Notes: generated by a model from the sequence alone, not told the origin. Positions 15,635-24,436 are shown, numbered from the stretch's first letter. The stretch is DNA of 24,561 bases from Armatimonadota bacterium (GCA_039680575.1 JBDKSP010000084.1:1-24561); one strand, 5' to 3'. Translations and numbers: made by a program.

Positions 15635-17311
15635 ATGAGAATTATAAAATCTGTTATGGTTGTTATTGGTGTCTTGTGCGTTCTATCACTCTCCAATAGA
15701 CAGGCGGCAGCCCTTACCTGGAGCACGGATACCATTAAGGACGGGCAGCACAGCTCGGTCGTGATGGATGGAAGCGGCAGCCTGCACCTGGCATATTATG
15801 ATTTCAGGGCTGGATCGCTCAAATACGCGGTCAATAACGGCGGCACATGGTCAACACAGGTTGTGGACGGTCCCGGATTCAAAGGCCAATATCCTTCGCT
15901 CGTTCTGGATGCGTCGGGAAACCCTCATATCAGCTACTACGATTACCAGAATGGCGATCTGAAGTATGCGTCATTGGTTGGGACTGCATGGCAGATTACC
16001 ACAGTGGATAGTGCCGGTAACGTCGGCATGTTTTCATCCCTGGCATTGGACTCCAGCGGACACCCGCGCATCAGTTACTATGATTATGGAAATGGGAAGC
16101 TGAAATATGCTTCGATGGATTCAGGTACGTGGTCTGTGGAAGTCGTCGATTCGGATGGCGACGTCGGCCAGTACTCATCAATTGCATTAGACCCTTCCTG
16201 TAAACCCGTGATCAGCTACTATGACTATACCAAAAGTGATTTGAAGTGCGCGGACTGGGATGGTACGCAGTGGCACCGGGAGGTAATTGACAGCGGCAGT
16301 AATGTCGGGCAGTTTACATCGCTTGCAGTAGATGCTTCCGGAACCAGGCGGATTAGCTACTACAAAGCTGCGAATCTCTCTTACGCAGAGTATAAGAGCG
16401 GCTCGTGGACAACAGAAGTTGTCGACACCTCTGCGGGCGCCGGACAAGGGACAGCGATGTCTGTGGGAGACGGCGGCGTGGTACATATAGCCTATTATGT
16501 GTTCGGCACGCATGACCTCAAATATGCGGCCAGAGTAAACGGTCTGTGGATGACAAGCACGGTTGATTCCGCTGGAGACGTGGGGCAGAACCCTGCGATT
16601 TGCCTCGATCCTGCCGGTGCTCCTGTGATCTCCTGCTTCGATGCCACTAATCTGTGCGTTAAGGTTGCCTCGGTGCAATACAGTGATGATATCTCCGCAG
16701 CCAGGAAGTCGGACACAGACATCGTGTCTGTCGGCGGGCAGGTGGTGACCGCAGCTTACGATGGTTACTTCTATATCGAGGCTTCTGACCGCTCTGCAGG
16801 TATACGTGTCGATAGGCCGGCTCACGGCTTAAGCGCCGGTCAGATGGTGAATGTGGTCGGGAAAACTCTGACGAACGATGACAGCGAGAGATACATAGCT
16901 GCGGTAGCGGTCGGCAAAACCGGTCTAGGCTCAGTCGGACCTTTCGGTATGTCGAATAAATCGGTGGGCGGTACGGATCTTTTATCGGACGGCAATGTAG
17001 TGCAGTGCGGTGTCCTTGACGGTTTAGGTCCCAATAATATCGGGATGCTCATCAAAGTCTGGGGAACGGTCACACAGAAAGATCCTTCCGGCAGTTATGT
17101 CTATATCGACGATGGATCGGGGCTTCTTGACGGTTCGTACACGGATAGTGCTGCGAACATCGGTGTGCGTGTCGCGATGGATGGAAGCGGATACAAAGAA
17201 GGTGATTTTTTGATCATTACCGGTGTCAGCTCATGCTTTCGCAATAAAGCAACGGGTGAAGTCTGCCGCATGGTGCGTGTATTGAATGTATCCGGAACTC
17301 CATCCGAATAA
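15635..17311 (+). CDS. Secreted 7-repeat beta-propeller protein with a distinct ~200-aa C-terminal domain
   Basis: Signal peptide (AAA-L); seven ~47-aa repeats W....VDS.G.VG.YSSLALD.SG.P.ISYYD....LKYA. Start set at ATG 15635 behind AAGGAG. Confidence 0.85.
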   Translation: MRIIKSVMVVIGVLCVLSLSNRQAAALTWSTDTIKDGQHSSVVMDGSGSLHLAYYDFRAGSLKYAVNNGGTWSTQVVDGPGFKGQYPSLVLDASGNPHISYYDYQNGDLKYASLVGTAWQITTVDSAGNVGMFSSLALDSSGHPRISYYDYGNGKLKYASMDSGTWSVEVVDSDGDVGQYSSIALDPSCKPVISYYDYTKSDLKCADWDGTQWHREVIDSGSNVGQFTSLAVDASGTRRISYYKAANLSYAEYKSGSWTTEVVDTSAGAGQGTAMSVGDGGVVHIAYYVFGTHDLKYAARVNGLWMTSTVDSAGDVGQNPAICLDPAGAPVISCFDATNLCVKVASVQYSDDISAARKSDTDIVSVGGQVVTAAYDGYFYIEASDRSAGIRVDRPAHGLSAGQMVNVVGKTLTNDDSERYIAAVAVGKTGLGSVGPFGMSNKSVGGTDLLSDGNVVQCGVLDGLGPNNIGMLIKVWGTVTQKDPSGSYVYIDDGSGLLDGSYTDSAANIGVRVAMDGSGYKEGDFLIITGVSSCFRNKATGEVCRMVRVLNVSGTPSE

Positions 17312-17367
17312 ATTGCCTGATGGCCTGTATTTATATAAAGGAGCAGCTCTTCCATAGCTGGGTCTGG

Positions 17368-17455
17368 AATTACCAGGTACAATTACCAGTTTTGTTGTAA
17401 TTTTGATATTTTGGCTGCCAATGGTCTTGACTATTAAATGACTAGCTGCTATATT
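17368..17455 (+). promoter_or_regulatory. Shared box plus promoter for PEP-CTERM gene 2
   Basis: Box AATTAC-CAGGTA-CAAT-TACCAG-TTTTG (17368-17394, 24/27 identical to 15448-15474), 32 nt, then TTGACT (17427-17432)-N17-TATATT. Confidence 0.75.
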
Positions 17456-17623
17456 TCACGATAAGAGTGTGGTGTGTACCAAGTAGCCATTATATTGGCA
17501 AGTATGTTAATTGCGCCACGCTTTTTAGTTTGAACGGCTGTAATGTGGAACCATGACAAGTTCAACAAGCATATATGTCGTTCTTTGGGATGCTCATTAT
17601 TGTTGTAATAGGGGGAAACTGAT

Positions 17624-18292
17624 TTGAAAAGAGGAATTGTTCGCGTGGCCTTGTGTCTTGCCGCAGTCCTGGTCACGATGAGCCCGCAAATAGCGAGAGC
17701 TGATTCAGGAGTCCTTTTTGGTAACTTGCCATGGCCTTCCTATGGGTCTAGTTACACATCACCAACAAGTAATACCGTTTTTCTGGATATCAATCCGATG
17801 TACAATATTACAGAATCCGGTGTATTGACAAGATGGGATTGGTACGCTCAGAGTTCGCTTAGCAGTGGGACTTCCAATTCTATGTATCTGATGGTTTGGC
17901 GCCCAACTACTGATTCGAGTGTTTATACCCTCAAATATCAGCAACTGGTCGACAACAAGACCGATGGCGCTCAATGGGTTGATGCAGTAGGCAGCTTTGT
18001 TGTCAATCCGGGAGATGTGCTGGGGTTTTATCTGTCAGCGGACAGTCAACGCGGTATTGCAGAAGCCTATAATCCAGGTTCCAGTTCCAGCATATCCTGG
18101 ACTACTTCGGGGCCTTTGAGTGTTGGCACAACACATAACATTGGTGACAGTGCAATCGCAAAAAGTGACAAGACCTATGCCTTGGCCGCGGAACTGTCGC
18201 CTGTGCCTGAGCCGAGCACAGTTGTTGCGGCACTCTCGGTTCTTGCTCCGGTGGGGCTGTTCTTCAGACGCAAACGCAAGACGGTTTTATAA
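17624..18292 (+). CDS. PEP-CTERM sorting domain protein 2
   Basis: TTG start with GGGGGA RBS, signal peptide (ARA-D), S/T-rich body and C-terminal VPEPSTVVAALSVLAPVGLFFRRKRK. Confidence 0.92.
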   Translation: MKRGIVRVALCLAAVLVTMSPQIARADSGVLFGNLPWPSYGSSYTSPTSNTVFLDINPMYNITESGVLTRWDWYAQSSLSSGTSNSMYLMVWRPTTDSSVYTLKYQQLVDNKTDGAQWVDAVGSFVVNPGDVLGFYLSADSQRGIAEAYNPGSSSSISWTTSGPLSVGTTHNIGDSAIAKSDKTYALAAELSPVPEPSTVVAALSVLAPVGLFFRRKRKTVL

Positions 18293-18314
18293 AGTCAGTT
18301 GTAAGTTATCGCCA

Positions 18315-18364
18315 GGCTATTACCGAAAATCTTCCGGGAGAGCTTCAGGTATCATCTGAGACTC
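18315..18364 (-). repeat. Degenerate free copy of element B
   Basis: Reverse complement GAGTCTCAGATGATACCTGAAGCTCTCCCGGAAGATTTTCGGTAATAGCC aligns to 24454-24504. Confidence 0.8.
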
Positions 18365-18387
18365 AGTAATAGTTTCCTCCTTTGTAT

Positions 18388-18427
18388 AAAAGGGGCCGAT
18401 GGATACTCTTTCCATTGGTCCCTTTTT
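18388..18427 (+). terminator. Intrinsic (possibly bidirectional) terminator after PEP-CTERM gene 2
   Basis: AAAA-GGGGCCGATGGA-loop-TCCATTGGTCCC-TTTTT. Confidence 0.75.
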
Positions 18428-18445
18428 CCAGTTGCTGAAACAGCA

Positions 18446-18533
18446 TCAACCCCGGTATATATGCCGGTTTTAGCCGATAATCACTGTCAAAATGCCTGCC
18501 TGCCTTGACAATGCCTGCTTGGTGAGCTAAATT
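18446..18533 (+). promoter_or_regulatory. Shared box plus promoter for the wza-wzc-capD operon
   Basis: Box TCAACC-CCGGTA-TATA-TGCCGG-TTTTA (18446-18472), 32 nt, then TTGACA (18505-18510)-N17-TAAATT. Confidence 0.68.
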
Positions 18534-18876
18534 ATAATAAGATGTGCATAAGTTTTGCCAGTGTAGTTTACATCTTGGGGTTCTGCGTATTATATGCGAC
18601 TAATTTGATAGCCAAAAGAGTCCGATATATGGCATCCATTCCATGATGCATGCTGTTGTGGTGCTGGCATGAGGCTGCAGGTGTCAGACACTACACCTTA
18701 AAGACAAATCTTCTTTATATGACCAGCCTCTCGTACATACCACGAGCGCAAGCAACTCAGACAACAGTATCGCAGCATACGGTACCGAAAGCCAAGTCCA
18801 GACACTATTAAAGTTGGGTTATTTCTAAATTCTATCAGGTCGAGTTTGTCGTCTCACCCCTGGAGGATGAGTTCCT

Positions 18877-20088
18877 ATGGTCATTAACATCAGCAATACC
18901 GGCAGCTGTCTCAAATACATTTTGCGGGCGAGACTTTGTATTTCTATAATTGCTCTCTGCATGACACTTTTATTGCCCGTTTTGGGGAACGCTGCCGATT
19001 CCGATTATAAGCTCGGTCCCGAAGACGTGATTACTGTTATGGTGATGAACCATACTGAGTTTTCCGGCGATTTCTATATACCGACCGATGGAAAGATCAC
19101 GATTCCTCTTGCGGGAACCGTGGAAGTCACAGGCAAGACGCTTACCGAAGCCGCTGCGCTGATCGCTGACAACCTGAAGAGCGAACTCAAGGACCCTGAT
19201 GTCACAATCGTACTGAAGACACCCAGACCACAGCTCGTTTATGTGATGGGCGCAGTCAAGCAGCCGGGACCATACAACCTGAAGCCGGGATGGCGCATCA
19301 CGGAAGCTGTGACAGCCGCTGGAGGGATTCCTTCCGGCATAGAGGCCGCAGATTGCAAGGTCAGCATACTTCGCGGCACAAGCGGAGATAAGCAGATGGT
19401 CTCGCTGCAGGAAGCCATGAGGGGCAATGAATCAGCTAATCAGGCTGTCCGCGCCGGTGATGTAATCACTGTAGAAAATGTTGAACTCATACCTGTATAC
19501 GTGATGGGCAAAGTTGCGAGGCCTGGTGTCTATAACATCCGAAAAGACAGTGCCGGCATTCTGGAAGCCATCACGATGGCCGGCGGCACTTTGGATGATG
19601 CCGCGCTCACTAAAGTCACTGTGACTCATCTCAATGGTTCGTCAGAGACTATAAACATCGTACCGGCTACTATCGAAGGTAAGCAGGAAACACCCGTCAA
19701 GCTGCAGTCGGGCGATCTGCTCGTGGTCCCTGACTCTATTGCACGGTTTGCGGTTATGGGATGGGTAAATGCTCCCGGATTCTTCCCGCTGAAGGAGAAC
19801 CAGCAGGTAACGCTCTCCGATGCTCTGGCGCTTGCCCGTGGAGCCGACAACAAAAGGGGCGGATTGAAAAAAGTAGCGATTCTCCGTACCACCAGCGGCA
19901 AACAGGAGAGGTTGGTCGTGGATTTTCAAAAATTCGCGAAGAAGGGGGATATGTCTCAGAACCCGGTAATCCAGCCTGGAGATATTGTATGGGTGCCTGA
20001 GACAGGAAAACTGGACTGGGACAGAGTGTTTGCTAATCTGTCTACCGGTTTATCCTTCCTGTGGTCGATTGACCGGTGGAATGATTAG
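18877..20088 (+). CDS. wza: Polysaccharide export protein (Wza/OPX family: Poly_export domain plus 3 SLBB repeats)
   Basis: DYKLGPEDVITV..DGKITIPLAG.V.V.GKT; three VYVMG.V..PG..(T)..EA...AGG SLBB units; GGAGG RBS. Confidence 0.88.
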   Translation: MVINISNTGSCLKYILRARLCISIIALCMTLLLPVLGNAADSDYKLGPEDVITVMVMNHTEFSGDFYIPTDGKITIPLAGTVEVTGKTLTEAAALIADNLKSELKDPDVTIVLKTPRPQLVYVMGAVKQPGPYNLKPGWRITEAVTAAGGIPSGIEAADCKVSILRGTSGDKQMVSLQEAMRGNESANQAVRAGDVITVENVELIPVYVMGKVARPGVYNIRKDSAGILEAITMAGGTLDDAALTKVTVTHLNGSSETINIVPATIEGKQETPVKLQSGDLLVVPDSIARFAVMGWVNAPGFFPLKENQQVTLSDALALARGADNKRGGLKKVAILRTTSGKQERLVVDFQKFAKKGDMSQNPVIQPGDIVWVPETGKLDWDRVFANLSTGLSFLWSIDRWND

Positions 20089-20109
20089 GGGAAAGGTGGT
20101 TGCAGATAA

Positions 20110-22311
20110 ATGAGTTTGACTGACCGGCATATAACAACTGTGGACAACGCGCCACTTGCCCAAACGACTGAGGCTTATCAGCGCAGCGCGCCTCCCGTTG
20201 AGCAGATCGAGCTGTCCCGGATTCTTGACGTAATCAAAAGGCGCTTTTGGCTGATGCTTGCGACACTCGTCATCGTACTGGCTGCCGGAGCGGTCTACAC
20301 ACTCCATCAAAAGCCGGTGTATGAGTCCACCGCGCTCATGATCGTCGCCACAAACGGCCCGGTGACTGTCAACAGCAATGACGCGACCGTTGTAAGCGAC
20401 GTTGTAGCGCTCACAAAGTCCAGGTCCATCCAATCGCAGATCGAGCTGATCACCAGCCCTGAAGTCATCCGCGATGCCGCATTGAAGGTTGGTGAAGAAA
20501 GCTTGTCCAAAGGCTTTGGTGCAGACATAATCCCACAGTGGGCTCTCAGTGTGGATTCCAAGAAAGATTCGGATATTATCAGCATAACAGCCAAAGCTTA
20601 CAACCCGGAGGTGGCTGCAAACCTGGCCAACTCACTGGTATCGACATATATAGTACGTGATCAGCTTTCTGCCAGCCAGTCCTCGAGACAGGGCCGGGAG
20701 TATGTATCCGATGAGCTGAAGTCGGTGAGCGATCAGTTGTCAGATGCTCGTAAAAAACTCTCCGAATATAAGAAAAAGACCAAGATGCTTGCAGCGGATG
20801 ATCAGCTGAGAGCTATTGCAGGAAACCTGGTTTCCCTCCAGATGGACCAGGACAAAGCCGACATCGAGCTGGCTGCTGCTCAAAAGGAAGCCGAAACTTT
20901 CAAGAATCAGCTTGCGAAAGATGGCCATGAGATCGAGGGGAGCAGCACGATACAGCTCAGCCCTCAATATCAACAGGCTCTGACTACCCTTGCGAAGCTC
21001 TACACCGACCGCGCCAGTCTGATCCAGGAATACACTCCTGAATCAAAGCAAATAAAGAAAATCGACGGCGCTATCGCTTCGACAATGCAGGTGATGAACC
21101 AGGCTGCCCAGACAATTACGGCAACGAAGGTCAAAACAAGGAACCCAGACATCCAGAACTACACCGTAGCCCTGGTGAACCGCGCCGCCTCCAGTGCCAG
21201 GATCAAGGCGTTGAGGCGCGTTCTGGCTGCGAGAGATGCGCAGGTCCAGGCTCTGCCGGAGCAAGAGCGGGCACTTACAAAGCTGATCGAGAAGGTGACC
21301 GTGCTCGAGCGGACATACCAGATGCTCTCCGACAAGTACTACACCCTCCTGGTCAACGAGAAGTCTACGGTGCCCAGTGCAAAGTTTGCTTCGACAGCTT
21401 ACCCTGCCCCTTCACCGTCGGCGCCTAATAAAAAGAAGAATGCAGCGCTGTTCTTCCTTCTGGGGTGTATGCTGTCGGTCGGTGTCGCTACGGTTGCCGA
21501 GCGGCTGGACAAGAAGGTCCGGTATGACGACATAATCATCAAACTGACCGGAGAAGCCCCGCTTGCGGTGATCCCGAACCTGAAGGGTGCGGACAAAGCG
21601 AACCTGCAGTTGGAGTCGGTAGACCAGAGCAGCGGGTTCATAGAAGCCTTCAGGGTACTGCGCAACATAATAGACTTCGGAACAAAGGAAAATCCGGTAC
21701 AGATAGTTGCGGTGACAAGCCCCGGAAGGGCGGAAGGCAAGTCCATCACGTCTATCAATCTCGCCGTTGCCGCGGCACTCTCCGGCAAGAAGGTGCTGGT
21801 TGTAGACTGCGACCTGCGGCGTCCGTCGCTGCACAAGAAAGCTTCTATCAAACGAAATATCGGTTTTACCAACCTGGTCAGAGGGTTGATAAGTATAGAA
21901 GAGGCTGTAATGTCGACACAGATACCCAATCTTTACTGCCTCCCGGCAGGGCCGATACCGCCCAACCCCGCGGATTTCCTTAATTTGCCGGAGTGCCGTG
22001 CAACTTTCGAGAAGCTCCGGGAGAAATACGATTGGGTGATAATAGATGGGCCTCCCTGCGCTGGGCTGAGCGATATGCAGGTTGTATCGACTATTTCCGA
22101 CGGCGTAATGCTGGTCGTATCGGTGAACCAGACCGAGAAGAGCACCCTCCAGAACTCGGTGAGGATACTCTCTCTGATCGGCGCTCCTTACATAGGGTCC
22201 ATAGTCAATAAATGCAATGATAACTACGGCGGGTACGATGCTTACCGCCCGATAGCGAACATTAATGAAGCGGACATCCCCGCAATCGATGATGGAAATG
22301 ATCAGGACTAG
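20110..22311 (+). CDS. wzc: Polysaccharide co-polymerase / BY-tyrosine kinase (Wzc/GumC family)
   Basis: Two TM helices flank a coiled-coil; EAFRVLR, Walker A SPGRAEGKS, A' VVDCDLRRP, Walker B IIDGPP and a C-terminal YGGYDAY. Confidence 0.92.
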   Translation: MSLTDRHITTVDNAPLAQTTEAYQRSAPPVEQIELSRILDVIKRRFWLMLATLVIVLAAGAVYTLHQKPVYESTALMIVATNGPVTVNSNDATVVSDVVALTKSRSIQSQIELITSPEVIRDAALKVGEESLSKGFGADIIPQWALSVDSKKDSDIISITAKAYNPEVAANLANSLVSTYIVRDQLSASQSSRQGREYVSDELKSVSDQLSDARKKLSEYKKKTKMLAADDQLRAIAGNLVSLQMDQDKADIELAAAQKEAETFKNQLAKDGHEIEGSSTIQLSPQYQQALTTLAKLYTDRASLIQEYTPESKQIKKIDGAIASTMQVMNQAAQTITATKVKTRNPDIQNYTVALVNRAASSARIKALRRVLAARDAQVQALPEQERALTKLIEKVTVLERTYQMLSDKYYTLLVNEKSTVPSAKFASTAYPAPSPSAPNKKKNAALFFLLGCMLSVGVATVAERLDKKVRYDDIIIKLTGEAPLAVIPNLKGADKANLQLESVDQSSGFIEAFRVLRNIIDFGTKENPVQIVAVTSPGRAEGKSITSINLAVAAALSGKKVLVVDCDLRRPSLHKKASIKRNIGFTNLVRGLISIEEAVMSTQIPNLYCLPAGPIPPNPADFLNLPECRATFEKLREKYDWVIIDGPPCAGLSDMQVVSTISDGVMLVVSVNQTEKSTLQNSVRILSLIGAPYIGSIVNKCNDNYGGYDAYRPIANINEADIPAIDDGNDQD

Positions 22312-22314
22312 CAA

Positions 22315-24240
22315 ATGATACGCAGAAGCCTGAGTAGAGCGGAGTCTGTGGGCTGGCGCGTTGCGCTCGCCTTCACGGATGAGCTTATAGTATTCGCTTC
22401 GTTTCTCGTCGCTTTATGGATGAGATTCGATGATAAGCCGCTGCTTCAGACCTGGGATCATTACATTGGCCCCAGGTTCCCGGGCATTCTGCTGTCTGTC
22501 GCGTTCTACTTCCTGGTGCTTGCGGCATCGAAGATGTATCTGCATGCGTGGCGTTTTGCGGGATTCGAGGCTATATTGTCCCTTACGCGGGCAAGCATCA
22601 TAGCCGTAGCGGGAATGGTGCTCATCCAATACTGCCTCTATGCCGATATGATGCCGCGGAGCGTGGTGTTTCTTTACTGGCTTTTGAGCCTGCTAGGCAT
22701 CGGCACACTCCGGTTGGGGATCAGAATGCTCGGCCGCCGCTTTCTGTCTTCTGTCTGCGATGAAAAAAAAGATGGTGAGACGGTCACAGTCCGCACTATC
22801 ATAGTCGGACCTGCCGAACAGGCGCTTGCCATAGTCAAAGCCATCGCGCACACAAGCAGTATGCGCTACTATTCGATTATCGGGTTCCTTGACGACAGTG
22901 ATGAAAAGCAGGGATTGTTCTTCGGCGGAGTCAAGGTCCTCGGGACTACTGATCTCTTGGCCAAATATCTCGAAAACCGTGAAGTAGACGAAGTGATATT
23001 CGCCCAGACCGATGATTCGGACCCCGAAGACATACGCGACCTGGTTCTCGAGTGCAGAAAGAAAAAAGTCCTGGCAAAAGTGATTCCGAACCTTGAAGAT
23101 CAGCTGCTCCGGCCAAGATACCTGCGGATCGAAGAGATCCAGATGGAAGATTTGCTCAGGCGTCCGATGAGATCGGTCGATGTGAAGTCCTATGCAGGGT
23201 ATCTGACAGGCAAGAGGGTCCTTATCACAGGAGCCGGAGGGTCCATAGGCTCTGAGATCTGCCGCCAGGTAATGAGGCTGAACCCAGCAGAGGTTATCCT
23301 TCTTGGACACGGCGAAAACTCGATATTCAGAATCGCTCAGGAGCTCAGGCGCGATTATCCCGAGATGTCCAGCAACATCTTTACGATCATCTCATCGATA
23401 ACCAATCAGAAGAGGATCAGCAGGGTATTCAAGCGGTTCCGTCCGCAGGTGGTGTTTCATGCTGCCGCGCATAAGCATCTGCCGCTTATGGAAGAGAACA
23501 TCTGCGAGGCGGTGCATAACAATGTCATCGGCACGCATAATGTAGTCGATGCCTGTGTGGAATACGGCGTCGAAAAGATGGTCCAGATATCGACGGATAA
23601 GGCCGCGGAGCCTTCCAGTATAATGGGCGCAACCAAGTGGATCTGTGAGATGGTAGCAAGGACCGCCGCTAAGCAGTATCCTGATACAACATTCGTATGC
23701 GTCAGGTTCGGAAACGTTCTGGGCAGCAGAGGCAGTGTTATTCCGGTCTTTCAGGAGCAGATAAGGACCGGCGGCCCGGTAACAGTGACCCATCCGGAGA
23801 TGACCAGGTTCTTCATGGCGATACCTGAAGCCGTGCGCCTGGTAATCCAGGCTGGTGACGTAGGAAAAAGCGGCGCGATATATGTGCTGGACATGGGCAA
23901 GCCTGTCCGTATACTGGACCTTGCCGAAGATATGATCCGGTTGAACGGCTACGAGCCCGGAACGGATATTCAGATAGCATTCACGGGAATCAGACCCGGC
24001 GAGAAGATGCATGAGACCCTCGCCTCGAACCAGGAACAGCTGGAACGCACGCAGTATGACGGTTTGAACAAGGTCCAGGGAGAAGTGGGCTTAACATACG
24101 CCGAAGCAGAGGATATCGTGGAGAAGTTCCAGCATCTTGCACTGTCTCTCGACGGCGAAGGGGTCCTCGAAATGCTGCAGGAAGTTGTGCCCGGGTATGC
24201 AAAGTCAGCCAGGGCGATGTACTCAAGGCAGGTATCGTAA
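22315..24240 (+). CDS. capD: Membrane-bound nucleoside-diphosphate-sugar 4,6-dehydratase (CapD/WbpM/PglF family)
   Basis: Four N-terminal TM segments, CoA-binding-like linker, EDLLRR, TGAGGSIGSE, HAAAHKH, STDKA, MGATK, RFGNVLGSRGSV and RPGEK. Confidence 0.92.
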   Translation: MIRRSLSRAESVGWRVALAFTDELIVFASFLVALWMRFDDKPLLQTWDHYIGPRFPGILLSVAFYFLVLAASKMYLHAWRFAGFEAILSLTRASIIAVAGMVLIQYCLYADMMPRSVVFLYWLLSLLGIGTLRLGIRMLGRRFLSSVCDEKKDGETVTVRTIIVGPAEQALAIVKAIAHTSSMRYYSIIGFLDDSDEKQGLFFGGVKVLGTTDLLAKYLENREVDEVIFAQTDDSDPEDIRDLVLECRKKKVLAKVIPNLEDQLLRPRYLRIEEIQMEDLLRRPMRSVDVKSYAGYLTGKRVLITGAGGSIGSEICRQVMRLNPAEVILLGHGENSIFRIAQELRRDYPEMSSNIFTIISSITNQKRISRVFKRFRPQVVFHAAAHKHLPLMEENICEAVHNNVIGTHNVVDACVEYGVEKMVQISTDKAAEPSSIMGATKWICEMVARTAAKQYPDTTFVCVRFGNVLGSRGSVIPVFQEQIRTGGPVTVTHPEMTRFFMAIPEAVRLVIQAGDVGKSGAIYVLDMGKPVRILDLAEDMIRLNGYEPGTDIQIAFTGIRPGEKMHETLASNQEQLERTQYDGLNKVQGEVGLTYAEAEDIVEKFQHLALSLDGEGVLEMLQEVVPGYAKSARAMYSRQVS

Positions 24241-24373
24241 GAGTGAGAATTGCCGGGCTGGAATGGCGGAATACTTCGCATCGGAAAAACCGCGGCGGGT
24301 AGGACATCTCACCGCATAAACAAGCTTTAGTTACCCTCTATTGACTGTAAGAGTTCACTCTTACAAGAATTAT

Positions 24374-24435
24374 ATATCACCCTGAACAACCAGCCCATCA
24401 TCATGGATGGAAGCACGTCACCCTGAATAACCAAC
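24374..24435 (+). repeat. ~21-bp-period tandem copies of the REP left arm
   Basis: ATATCACCCTGAACAACCAGC, a degenerate 20-mer and ACGTCACCCTGAATAACCAAC, in phase with ACGTCACCCTGAACT at 24436. Confidence 0.75.
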
Positions 24436-24436
24436 A

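Noticed and set aside
18540..18876. ops/JUMPstart element or c-di-GMP-I riboswitch upstream of wza
   Set aside because: No GGCGGTAG and no GGCAAACC..GGGACGCAAAGC pattern.
21412..22314. 300-aa minus-strand ORF, and similar ones at 16187-16825, 22693-23310 and 23392-24012
   Set aside because: Antisense shadows of well-supported genes.
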